Assembly (NCBI RefSeq): GCF_006345805.1
Contig: NC_043026.1
Location: 930,001 to 994,000, forward strand
Length of the DNA stretch: 64,000 nt
Direction: 5' to 3'
Source: Octopus sinensis
Taxonomy: Eukaryota
Under the pieces are notes generated by a model. It had not been told where the DNA came from and did no database searches. It saw nothing but the letters and a program-made list of their open reading frames with translations. The position numbers and the translations under genes are program-made. The number at the start of each line of letters is the position of its first letter. The stretch's first letter is position 1. Below, one piece after another: positions 1 to 11,142 of this stretch.

Positions 1-134
1 TGCCTTTCATCCTTTCGGGTTCGATTAAATAAGTACCAGTTACGCACTGGGGTTGATATAATCGACTTAATCCATTTGTCTGTCTTTGTTTGTCCTCTCT
101 GTGTTTAGCCCCTTGTGGGTAGTAAAGAAATAGG
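1..134 (+). mobile_element. SINE family B, 3' part (cut by window edge)
   Basis: tgcctttcatcctttcggg...aagtaccagtt...gtagtaaagaaatagg matches the many family B copies in the window. Confidence 0.85.
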
Positions 135-270
135 AAAGGCATCCAGCTGTAGAAACCTTGCCAGATCAGATTGGAGCCTGGAGCCGCCTCCTGGCTTGCC
201 AGTCTTCAGTCAAACCGTACAACCCATGCCGGCATGGAAAACGGATATTAAATGATGATGATGATGATGA
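135..270 (+). mobile_element. Family C retroposon, 3' part with (GAT)n tail
   Basis: aaggcatccagctgtagaaac...catgg...aaatgatgatgat, shared with more than 10 copies. Confidence 0.85.
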
Positions 271-674
271 TCATCATCATCATCATCATCGTCATGGTGG
301 TGGTGGTGGTGGTGCATAAGATAGATAGACAGACAGATAGATAGTTGAATGTTCAAGAAGTTTACTTTGCAATCATCCAGTTTGCAGGTTCAATCCCACA
401 GCCCAGCACCTTGGGTAAATCTATTCGTATTACAGACTTAGCTAGCTTCACCCCTTATTTTTCAGGTTCCTCAGTCAAATGTAACGCTTATTTACTCACA
501 TTGTTTCGAAGTAATCATGCATTATCTGATAGCTTCGAGATTTCCATGCTGCAATTGTTGATTTTTAGAGTGACATTCCCGCTGTGCTTGAGGAGACCTG
601 TTGAGTCAAGTACATGAACACTCCGAACACCCCTCCCCACTGGTGCTCCCCTATATTTCTGCACCCCCCCCACA

Positions 675-964
675 TAAAAAGCACCATCCGAACGTGGCCG
701 ATGCCAGCACCGCCCCGACTGGCTTCTGTGCAGGTGGCACATAAAAAGCACCAACCGACCGTGGCCGATGCCAGACCCCTCTGGCACCTGTGCAGGTGGC
801 ACGTAAAAAAGCACCCACTACACTCGCGGAGTGGTTGGCGTTAGGAAGGGCATCCAGCTGTAGAAACACTGCCAGACCAGACTGGAGCCTGGGGCAGCCC
901 CTGGCTCCCCAGACCCCGGTCGAAACCGTCCAACCCGTGCTAGCGCGGAAAACGGACGTTAAAC

Positions 965-997
<33 letters not shown>
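675..997 (+). mobile_element. Family C retroposon with internal ~60-bp modules and (GAT)n tail
   Basis: Repeated gtggcac(g/a)taaaaagcacc modules, ggcgttaggaagggcatcc body, GAT tail. Confidence 0.85.
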
Positions 998-998
<1 letters not shown>

Positions 999-1227
999 GT
1001 AAGGTAGTTGTGAGATGTTGGATCTGGCCAGTTTCAACATAAAAGGGGCAGAATACTTTGGTTGGGTAGTGCTGGACCCTACCAGTGCAAGTGTCACTTA
1101 AAAAGCATCCAGTCCACACTGTAAAGGGGTTGACATTTGGAAGGTCATCCCACTGTAAAAACCACGTGAAGACTGACCTCACCTGTGATGGTGCCATGTA
1201 GAAAGCACTCTGACCACTCTGTGGGCT

Positions 1228-1458
1228 GGTAAGCTGGCAGAAACATTAGCACGCCGGGCGAAATGCGTAGCCGTATTTCGTCTGTCGTTACGTTGTGAGT
1301 TCAAATTCCGCCGAGGTCGACTTTACCTTTCATCCTTTCGGGGTCGATAAATTAAGTACCAGTTATGCACTGGAGTCGATGTAATCGACTTAATACCTAT
1401 GTCTGTCTTTGTTTGTCCCCTCTGTGTTTAGCCCCTTGTGGGTAGTAAAGAAATAGGT
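1228..1458 (+). mobile_element. SINE family B, near full length (tRNA-like head)
   Basis: A-box-like agctggcagaaacattag and B-box-like gagttcaaattcc. The central gtcgacttt(g/a)cctttcatcctttcggggtcgataaa resembles the MetaSINE domain (recalled, unverified). Confidence 0.85.
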
Positions 1459-1461
1459 ATT

Positions 1462-1614
1462 AGAAAGGGCATCCAACCGTAAAAACCATGCTGAAACAGA
1501 CGCAGAAGTCTGGTGCAGGTTTCTACCTGGCTGGCTCCTGTCAAACCGTCCAGCCCATGCCTGCATGGAAGGTGGAACTTAAATGATGATGAAGATGATG
1601 ATGATGATGATGAT
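1462..1614 (+). mobile_element. Family C 3' part, diverged subfamily
   Basis: gaaagggcatccaaccgtaaaaacc...catgcctgcatgg...gatgatgat. Confidence 0.75.
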
Positions 1615-1698
1615 GGCTGGTTTAAATGCCAAAAGGTAAAACACTTGTAACTGAAAATGGCAGACAGAAACTGAGAAGAACTCCATTGTAAATTAATG

Positions 1699-1735
<37 letters not shown>

Positions 1736-1751
1736 CTGTGTATGTATGTAT

Positions 1752-1787
<36 letters not shown>

Positions 1788-2216
1788 CAGGCTTCTTTCA
1801 CTTTCCATTAACCAAATACATAAATACATTCACAAAACTTTGGGTCATTCTGGAGCTACTTTAGAAGACACTTATCTAAGATGCCACGCAGTGGGAATCG
1901 AACCCCAAAGCGACACAGCTGCAAAGCAAACTCCTTAAACCACACAGCCACGCTTGCATCACCATAAAGCGAGATAATTCAATAAATACACAACACAACA
2001 CTGTGTTTCCTGCTTTGCCATTTTTATCGATCCATTGCTCTTTTTATATCACATCAACCATCGGAAACTTGAAAAACCCAAACCATAAATCTGTGCTAAC
2101 AGAACTGGGAACAGGGGGCAGAGGTGCTGTCATTCTCGATGTTATGTTCTATAGAATATTCGAGGGTAGATTAGAGTTTATTGCCTCAAGGCCATCTGTA
2201 CGACCAGCTCCATACG

Positions 2217-3131
2217 AAATTATCATCATCATCATTGTCATCAACATCACCGTTATCGGCATGAGCAGCAGCAGCAGCAGTAACAGCGGCGGTGGTGGCA
2301 GCAGTGGGATCACCTGTTTCTCTCCTCCTCCGCGTTACCATCATCATCATCATAAACACTACCATCATACAGTCATCATCATCATCATCATCATAAACAT
2401 TACCATCATACAGTCATCATCATCATCATAAACATTACCATCATACAGTCATCATCATCATCATCATTGCCATTAACACTACCACCACCACCATCATCAT
2501 TACCGCCATTGTCATCGTCATCACCATCCTCATCCTTCTCCTCATCCACATCATTCTCCTATTCCTCATCCTCATCATTAATACCACCGCCACCACCACC
2601 ACCACCTCCATCACTACCACCACCACTACCACTTCCACCACCACCACCACCACCACCTCCATCACTACCACCACCACTACCACTTCCACCACCACCACCA
2701 CCACCACCATCATCGTCGTCATCATTGCTATTAGTACCACTGCCAGCTGCCATCACAAATACCACCACCAGCATCTTAACCACCACCCAACACATGGATT
2801 GTCACCATCACCTGCCTGTGCTACTCCCCCACCCACTGCCACCACCACCCAACACCGTCTTCATCTTCTTCCACATCATCATCATCATCATCATCCTCAC
2901 CAAAATCGTCACCATCGTCATCATCATCACCTTCGTTATCATCCTCAACATTACCTTCTTCATCATTATCATCATCATCACCTTCGTTATCATCCTCAAC
3001 ATCGCCTTCTTCATCATTATCATCATCATCATCATCATCATCATCCTCAACATCACCTTTATCATCATCATCATCATCATCCTCAACCTCACTTTTATCA
3101 TCATCATCATCATCATCATTATTCTCAACAC

Positions 3132-3171
<40 letters not shown>

Positions 3172-3270
3172 GTCATCACCATCATCGTCATCACCATCTT
3201 CATTATCACCACCACCACCACCACCACCACCACCACCACCACCGTCATCGTCATCATCGTCGTCATCTGT
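2217..3270. repeat. (CAT)n/(CAC)n low-complexity tract
   Basis: Trinucleotide mosaic visible directly; source of the poly-H/poly-I/poly-D ORFs. Confidence 0.95.
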
Positions 3271-3404
3271 CCCATTAGCATTCAGCAATACATTTCGCCA
3301 ACATAAATGAAGTGCACGTGATACAAAGTTATTTCTTTGAATGCAATATTCACCTCATTAGCAAATGTGGAGTGCATTGTGTGGACGAATGAGCGTTCGC
3401 GCGC

Positions 3405-3626
3405 GTGTGTGTGTGTGTGTGTGTGTTTTGTGGCAGTGCAGGCGTGTGCATCTGTATATGCATTTGTGCATGCACATGTGTGTGTGTGAGTGTGCATTTG
3501 TATGTCGGTGTTTGTTCACGAGACAATGGGAGTGTGTGTGCCGATGTCTTTGCTAGGATCTGAGTGTGTTTGAGTGAGTGAGTCAGGCAGCATGGGAATA
3601 ATGTGTACACGTCTGTTCGTGTGTGT

Positions 3627-3659
<33 letters not shown>

Positions 3660-4400
3660 TGTGGGAGTGTGTGACTGTGTGTGTGTGTGTGTGTGTGTGT
3701 GTGATGTGTGTGTGAGTGTGTGTATGCGTGTGTGAGTGTGAGTATGTGTGTGAGTATGTGTGTGTGAGTGTGTGTGTGAGTGTGTGTGAGTGTGTGTGAG
3801 TGTGTGTGTCTGTGAGTATGTGTGTGAGTGTGTGTGTGAGTGTGTGAGTGTGTGTGTGTGTGTCTGTGAGTATGTGTGTGAGTGTGTGTGTGAGTGTGTG
3901 AGTGTGTGTGTGGTGAGTGTGTGTGTCTGTGAGTATGTGTGTGAGTGTGTGTGTGAGTGTGTGAGTGTGTGTGTGTGTGAGTGTGTGTGTGTGTCCGTGA
4001 GTGTGAGTGTGTAAGTGTGTGTGAGTGTGTGTCTGTGTGTGTATACATGTGTGTGTGTGAGTATGTGTGTGTGCGCATGCGTGAATGTTTGTGTATGCAT
4101 GTGTGTTTGTGTGTGTGTGTGTGTGTATGTAAGAGAGCATCCCTGAACATAAGTTTATGTATGTGTGTGTGTGTGTGCATGTGTGTGAGAGTATATGGCA
4201 TTATGTTTACATGCACGTATGTGTCTGCATGTAAGTTTATTTATATACATGTATGTATGTAGGTATGTATAAATGTATATATGTGTATGTATGTATGTAG
4301 GTACAAATATATATATATGTGCATGTATGTATGTATGTGCAGATTTGTATGTTGTATGTATGTGTTCACATGCATATAGTTGCATATCTAGACATGCTCA
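3405..4400. repeat. Compound (GT)n/(GTAT)n microsatellite with longer-period sub-repeats
   Basis: Visible directly. Confidence 0.95.
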
Positions 4401-4559
4401 TATATATCTAAATGTTAAACTTCAGGAAAGTTTTACAGATGTTTTATATATATATGTATGGTGTACACACTTGCACACCAGTGCCCAGGGACAACACAGG
4501 ATACCAGTAGAATCTTTGGATATTTTATCCCTTAATCAGTTGCTATAACTGGTATCTCT

Positions 4560-4757
4560 GTTTGACCGCGTGTGTTCCGTTGGCGATTTTTTCCCCTCTA
4601 TCTTCCCTTCTTTGGATCTTTCCTTCTCCTATGTTTCTGACAAAGAGCTCCGCTCGAAACGTTAAACCCTCCTTCTTTCCTAAGCGTCCAATAATACTAT
4701 ATTTGTTCCACGTCCTCGCGTTGTTGTGTTTTCTCTTTGTGTTTTCATGTTTGGTTT
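4560..4757 (+). mobile_element. Probable Penelope-like element terminal-repeat remnant, family P1
   Basis: Homologous to 48835-49030 (-). Carries a minimal hammerhead motif followed by a T-rich tail. The PLE assignment is inferred from the hammerhead architecture. Confidence 0.55.
4633..4667 (+). ncRNA. Minimal type I hammerhead ribozyme motif (core G8>A, probably inactive)
   Basis: GTTT-CTGACAA-A-GAGC-TCC-GCTC-GAAAC-GTT-AAAC: stem I GUUU/AAAC, stem II GAGC/GCUC, palindromic AACGUU stem III. Confidence 0.7.
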
Positions 4758-4761
4758 AACT

Positions 4762-4920
4762 TTAGGAAGGGCATTGGCGTCAGGAAGGGCATCCAGCCGT
4801 AGAAACATTGCCAGATCAGACTGGGCCTGGTGCAACCTTCTGACTTCCCAGACCCCAGTTGAACCGTCCAACCCATGGTAGCATGGAAAGCGGACACTAA
4901 ACGATGATGATGATGATGAT
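4762..4920 (+). mobile_element. Family C 3' part
   Basis: ggcgtcaggaagggcatccagccgtagaaac...gatgatgat. Confidence 0.85.
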
Positions 4921-5037
4921 ATATTGGCTAAACTGGCAAAATGACCATTCCTAAATACAACAATATATATATATACATACATATATATATATATATGTAC
5001 ATATATATATATATATATATGTACATATATATATACA

Positions 5038-5096
<59 letters not shown>

Positions 5097-5436
5097 CATA
5101 AAGAAGCACTAGTTATAGAACAAACATTAATTTGGGGTCAATGACTTTATATACAACACCACCCCTCAATCATTTAATCATATATTAAAAAACACCATGG
5201 TCTATAAACACATGAAAACAATAATGTTTACATAAAATCATAGAATTTAAAAATATATATATCCTAATATATATATCTATAAAGGAGCACTCTGTCGGTT
5301 ATGATGATGAGGATCCCAGCTGATATGATCAACAGAACAGCTTGCTCATGAAATTAGCATGCAAGTGGCTGTGTTTTTCTCCGTCACAACATGTGAATGA
5401 GAAAGGAAGGGGTGATGGTAAATTGGTAGTGGGAGA

Positions 5437-5735
5437 GTTTCAGCTCTGTGTGAGTATATGTGTGTGTGTATGTAAAAGGGAGGTACGTGAATGTTTGTGT
5501 GTGTGTGTGTGTGTGCAATGGAAGTGAACATGAAAAGGAAACTCAAACAGCGTTTCAGCTCTGTGTGTGTATGTGTGTGTGTATGTAAAAGGGAGGTACA
5601 TGAATATTTGTGTGTGTGTGTGTGTGTGTGTCTGTGTGTGTGTGCAATGGAAGTGAACGTGAAAAGGAAACTCAAACAGCGTTTCAGCTCTGTGTGTGTA
5701 TGTGTGTGTGTATGTAAAAGGGAGGTACATGAATA

Positions 5736-5782
<47 letters not shown>

Positions 5783-6000
5783 AATGGAAGTGAACGTGAA
5801 AAGGAAACTCAAACAGCGTTTCAGCTCTGTGTGTGTATGTGTGTGTGTATGTAAAAGGGAGGTACATGAATATTTGTGTGTGTTTGTGTGTGTGTGTGTG
5901 GTGTGTGTGTGCAATGGAAGTGAACGTGAAAAGGAAACTCAAACAGCGTTTCAGCTCTGTGTGTGTATGTGTACAAGGGGAGTACGTGAATGTATGTGTG
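5437..6000. repeat. Minisatellite, ~4.5 units of 115-137 bp, with embedded variable (GT)n
   Basis: gtttcagctctgtg recurs at about 5437, 5552, 5681, 5818 and 5948. Confidence 0.9.
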
Positions 6001-6215
6001 AACCAGCATTCTTTCAGTAACAAACGATGATCAATGTCACATCTCAAAAGACAACCACCAGATGACATTGGCAAGTGTATTAATTTGATTTACCATCCAT
6101 ATTTATATATAAAATACTACAATTAGCTGTCATTTTCGATGGCACAGGGCCAGCTAGTATGCATGTAATTATTGCAAATATATTAAAAATATATGTGTGA
6201 GTGTATGTATATATA

Positions 6216-6601
6216 TCTCTCTATATATAAACAGCAGTTTGTCTGTGTGCGTGTCTGTGTGTCTGTTAGGTTGTACCCTCACCCTGACCACAGCTTTCAA
6301 CCGATTCTGATGAAACTTGACACACACATAGCCCAATGTCATAATTCAAAACTAACACAGCGAAAATTTTGAAAAGTTCCCCCAGTTCTGAAAAAAATCG
6401 ATAAATTCGACATGGGGTCGAGAATCAGAAACACAAACCACAGACTGTCTAGGGGACGCAACTCGACCTTTTTAACTCTCAAAAAAAAAATTTAACATCA
6501 TTTTTTTCCCATTTTTTTGCTATTTTTTGGCTATAACTCTCTAAAAATGCTTTATAGTTATTTCCCTTACAAACCCGAGCAACGCCAGGCGATACTGCTA
6601 G
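6216..6601 (+). mobile_element. Non-autonomous Helitron-like element
   Basis: 5' A|TC...tatatataaa, internal (GTCT)-like microsatellite, 3' GC-rich hairpin cccgagcaacgccagg, CTAG|T terminus at an AT target. Confidence 0.75.
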
Positions 6602-6705
6602 TTTATATATAAAATACTACAATTAGCTGTCATTTTTGATGGCATGGGGCCAGCTAGTATGCATGTAATTATTGCAAATATATTAAAAATATATGTGTGT
6701 GTATG

Positions 6706-6739
<34 letters not shown>

Positions 6740-6741
6740 AT

Positions 6742-7065
6742 GTCTGTAACGTCCTGTTTTTGTTATTATTATTATCATTATTGTTTTTACGTATTTTTGT
6801 ATTCTTATTCGTGTAACATCGTCCGTTTTCCCGTCCTTGTATTGTATACATTCAAAGCTTTCTTCCAAGGAATCTAATGCGTTTGGCTTAGATTTTCCTT
6901 TGGGGCTGGCCAGATCGGAGCAATCTCAAGATTAATCAGCCGAAATTGCGAGGATGATCCGGTTCTTGACTGAAGATTGAAGGCTTCGAATGTCCCCTCT
7001 GTGTTTTTTGTATCGTCTTCTAAATGTTTTGCGTTCTTGTCCCAGTTTGTATTTTTTACATATAT
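6742..7065 (+). mobile_element. Unclassified interspersed repeat, family F, flanked by (AT)n
   Basis: cgaaattgcgaggatgatccggttcttgactgaagatt...cgttcttgtccc is shared with 54148-54270. Confidence 0.7.
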
Positions 7066-7249
7066 ATATATATATATGCCTTGTGGGATGTCTTGTTGGC
7101 GAAGAATGTGTTAGTGATGCACAGGTTATGGTATGTGCAAAATTCAAGAAGTCTCTGACCATTGTCATTCATGTTGCTAATACCAACAACAACAGAAATG
7201 ACAAGAGACAACAACGCTACTACACAACAAGAGCAGTCATCGCATCAAC

Positions 7250-7740
7250 ACATACGTACACTCACACATGTACATATACACACATACATACATACATACT
7301 CATATATATACACACGTACATTCACACACATGCATACACATACATACATATATACACATACATACACTCATATGCACACATACATACACACACATACATA
7401 CATACATACACACACATGCATGCATACACATACACACACGCACACATACATACACACATGCATGCATACACATACACACACATACATGCACACTCATACA
7501 TATACACACCTACATGCACATACATACACTCATACACACACGTGCATACACACACATACGTACATACACACATATGCATGCACACATACATACACAAATA
7601 CACACACGTGCATACACACACATACATATACACACATATATACACATACATACAGATACAGACACGCATACATACACTTATACACACACACACACACACA
7701 CACATACACACACACATACATACGCATACACGAACCTGCA
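7250..7740. repeat. (CA)/(CATA) compound microsatellite
   Basis: Visible directly. Confidence 0.95.
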
Positions 7741-8021
7741 TACCTGAATAATTACATCTTTTTGTGTTTTCCATCTTAAAAACCATCAAAATAATGATGG
7801 TCATTGTCATAGCAAACGGAAGGAATTGATGGAGTTGGGGGTGAGGTGGGGTGGGGGTGGGGACCACTAGCAAGCAAGCAAGCAACGGAAGGGAGAGAGT
7901 GAGGGGAGGAAAAAGAAAAAGAAAAGGCAAAGCCAGCTTTTGTTCCTTTGCATCGTCCTGACAGAAAATAAATCAATCGTGTCCAAACTTGAATATACAA
8001 GATGAGAGCGTTTGGTACAAT

Positions 8022-8059
<38 letters not shown>

Positions 8060-8324
8060 TTTCAATCACGTATTTTCTCCTGTGGGGGCTGCAGTAGTAG
8101 ATATCGTTGTTGTTGTTTAGTACTGACCAGTATCAAATCCTGATGGCGAGGTAAAAGAAAAAAAAAAATCTATCTATGATGGTGAAAGTGCATTCTAGCC
8201 ATGACTATCACTGTCTATTTTCATAAATCTAAAACCATGTTTTAGAATTTAGAAATTGTGAGACAGAACTTGAACTAGATAAAAACTATAAATAACTGGG
8301 ATGGTCATTTTTGTTTTTTGATTT

Positions 8325-8547
8325 TGTGCAGCTGTGTAGTAAGAAGCTTGCTTCCCAACGACATGATCTCAGGTTCAGTCCCACTGGGCAACACCTTGGG
8401 CAAGTTTCTTCTACTATAGCCTTGCACCGACCAAAGCCCTGTGTGTGGATTTGGCAGAGAGAAACTGAAAGAAGCCCATCATATATAAATACACATACAT
8501 ACATACATGAATACATACATATATATATATAATATATATATATATAT

Positions 8548-8588
<41 letters not shown>

Positions 8589-8860
8589 ATATAAATGTGT
8601 ATATGTGTGTGTGTGTGTGTGTGTCTATGCATGTATGTCTTTGTGTATGTGTTTGAACTCTACCATTGCTCCACAATTGTTGCTGGTAAGTTTATGTCCC
8701 CATAACTTAACAGTTCATCTAAAGAGATCAATAGAATAAGTACCAAACTTTAAAAACAAAGTACTGGAGGTCAACTCATTCGACTAACTTCCTTCAAGGC
8801 AGTGCCCCAGCATGGCTACAATGTACTGACTGAAACAAATACAAGAATAAAAGAACATTG
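8325..8860 (+). mobile_element. SINE family A, diverged copy with expanded internal (TA)n
   Basis: gctgtgtagtaagaagcttgcttccc head, caccttgggcaag CORE-like motif, tail ccagcatggctaca. Confidence 0.75.
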
Positions 8861-9084
8861 TTTCTATCTTCGTCTACTTCATATTCATTCAGTTATTCAT
8901 TATAGAACGACTTGGTTTGTTTTGTGAAACTCAAAACAAACCAAGTTATAAATAATAGGGTGTAAACACTGGGTTAAAAGCCCTTTGAATGGAAAAGATA
9001 TAAGGCTATCCATGGGACCTTTCAATCTTAGGGTTGGTTTTTTTCTAACCCTTATATTTATATCAAAAGAATATATTATAACGC

Positions 9085-9336
9085 TACCTGTGTCGGTGGC
9101 ACATAAAAAAACACCATCCGAGCGTGGCCATTCGCCAGCCTCGTCTGGCACCTGTGTCGGTGGCACATAAAATCACCCACTACACTCTCGGAGTGGTTGG
9201 CGTTAGGAAGGGCATCCAGCTGTAGAAACACTGCCAGATCTGACTGGCCTGGTGCAGCCTTCGGGCTCCCCAGACCCCAGTTGAACCGTCCAACCCATGC
9301 TAGCATGGAAAGCGGACGTTAAACGATGATGATGAT
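9085..9336 (+). mobile_element. Family C retroposon
   Basis: Modules, body, ccatgctagcatgg palindrome and GAT tail. Confidence 0.9.
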
Positions 9337-9581
9337 ATTCCACATATACAAAAACAGCCATACCAACAATCCAACATACCCCCATCATCAGCTGCCACAT
9401 GGATATCATTATGGTTTCGACACCTGGACAGTGCCACTCAATCCAGCAGTGTCAACAGCACAAAAATAAGTGTTGTTTGGGAACAAACATACCAAAGAAA
9501 CCACAACTTTCAAACACATTTACCCTATGTCCAACAGTATTGGTAAATATATTCAATAAGTAAATCAATAACCAACTCTAA

Positions 9582-9790
9582 AGGCAGCGAGCTGGCAGAA
9601 TCGTTAGCACGCCGGGGCAAACTGCTTAGTGGCATTTCATCCGTCTTGACATTCTGAGTTCAGATTCTGCTGAGGTCGACTTTGCTTTTCATCCCTTTCG
9701 GGGTCAATAAAACAAGTACTAGTATAGCACTGAGGTTGACTTCCCCTCTCCCTTGAACTTCCTGGCCTTGTGCCAAAATTTGAAGCCATT
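9582..9790 (+). mobile_element. SINE family B, alternative 3' end (ctggccttgtgccaaaatttgaa)
   Basis: Same head and central domain as 1228-1458. Confidence 0.8.
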
Positions 9791-9857
9791 ATTTGTAGCT
9801 CTATCTACTTCAAGATCTGTTGTGAAACAGGACTTATTTATGATGATCTACATATAT

Positions 9858-10062
9858 CCTGTGAATACACGGGGTCTAGTGGTTGTTTGTTCCTTCTCAA
9901 GTCATGCCTGGCACATAAGGGCTGGTTCCCCGGTTTCCTTGGCATATATGTTCCCCACCTGAACAGGACGCCGGTCCGTCGCAGGTGAGCTGCAAGATGC
10001 AGGAGGAAAGAGTGAGAGAAAGTTGTGGCGAAGGAGTCAGCAGAAGTTCGCCATTACCTTCA
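9858..10062 (-). mobile_element. SINE family D, 3' part
   Basis: Reverse complement of the 3' part of 29122-29430. Confidence 0.8.
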
Positions 10063-10515
10063 GCTGCCGCGTTGACATTGTTGTCACAGGGTCTAATTAA
10101 TTTTTAATTTTCCATTGAGCACTCTCAGAGAAAAATACGTCATTAGAGATGCTCTGAGATGACCATTGTGAAGCACATGCATATCAATTATTCACATACA
10201 CACACACTCACACATACACATTATATATGCAGCCATATGCATACATACAAATATGAGTACACGCGCACTTACGCATATATATGCTATGTATACACATATA
10301 CAAATACATATGAATAGATACATGTGTGTAGAGATATACATAGATACGCATACGACTACAGATATATGCTTCTCATCATTTTCTCCGTCATCATTTCATG
10401 TTCTCTCTACGCTGACACAGGTCGGACAATTTCGACAGTATCCAAGGACTTAAGGGACCTAGACTACCCTATGTGTGTGTGTGTGTGTATGTGTCTTTGT
10501 GTGTGTATATGTATG

Positions 10516-10725
10516 TATGAATGGTCGATGAAAAGTTCATGGCTTTGGGTGAAAGAAAATACAGCAGGATCAGTTAATTCTGATTTTATTTAACATATTC
10601 CCCTCTCTGATTCACACACTTATTGTAGCGGCCCTTCAATTTTACTGAAAGTACTCAAAAGGTTGGGCCTCCAGCCAGGCTTTTCACAAAACTCTTAAGG
10701 CCAGGAGCTTTTCAGCACCCTCTTA
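10516..10725. mobile_element. Tc1/mariner-type MITE
   Basis: Degenerate ~30-bp TIRs (tgaaaagttcatggcttt / aaggccaggagcttttcagcaccctc) in TA context; a partial homologue lies at about 11478-11640. Confidence 0.65.
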
Positions 10726-10766
10726 TATATATATATATACAAAATAAGCAACAAGAATGACTCCGG

Positions 10767-10855
10767 TAATTTGGTACGATCGTTTCGTACTACATCATTT
10801 TATTAAATGTTGTATTACAACAGATTTAAGATGCTGAGTACTCATCAGCCAATTA
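10767..10855 (-). ncRNA. Intact type I hammerhead ribozyme with extended stem II
   Basis: Minus strand: TAATTGG-CTGATGA-GTAC-[long hairpin]-GTAC-GAAA-CGATCG-TA/CCAAATTA. All core nucleotides are present, all three stems pair, and the cleavage triplet is GUA. Confidence 0.85.
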
Positions 10856-11099
10856 TAGAGGTTTTCCATTAATACAAAAATTTTCAGATCAAGTGGCAAC
10901 ATTATAGAGAAGGTAGATATAAAGACAAAGATGTGGATTTAAAATTTTAAGAACATATGAGGTAGTGAAGTCCTTCCAATTACCGGAGTTGCTTATTTTG
11001 ATTATAATCACCCCACAGATTTATATGGATAACACCATACAAAACTCTGGTGCATCTAAATTAAGTACCATATTCATTTGAATCTAAATTTTTGCTGAA

Positions 11100-11137
<38 letters not shown>

Positions 11138-11142
<5 letters not shown>

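Noticed and set aside
2467-3306. Poly-Pro, poly-His and poly-Asp ORFs (also at 15.5-16.4, 21-22.4, 23.4-24, 26.2-26.8, 35.6-36.8 and 39.1-41.1 kb)
   Set aside because: These are stop-poor microsatellite translations.
6960-7000. Hammerhead-like CTGAAGA...CGAA in family F (also near 54180)
   Set aside because: GAAA is incomplete, and I could not build convincing stems I and III in a type I or type II arrangement.
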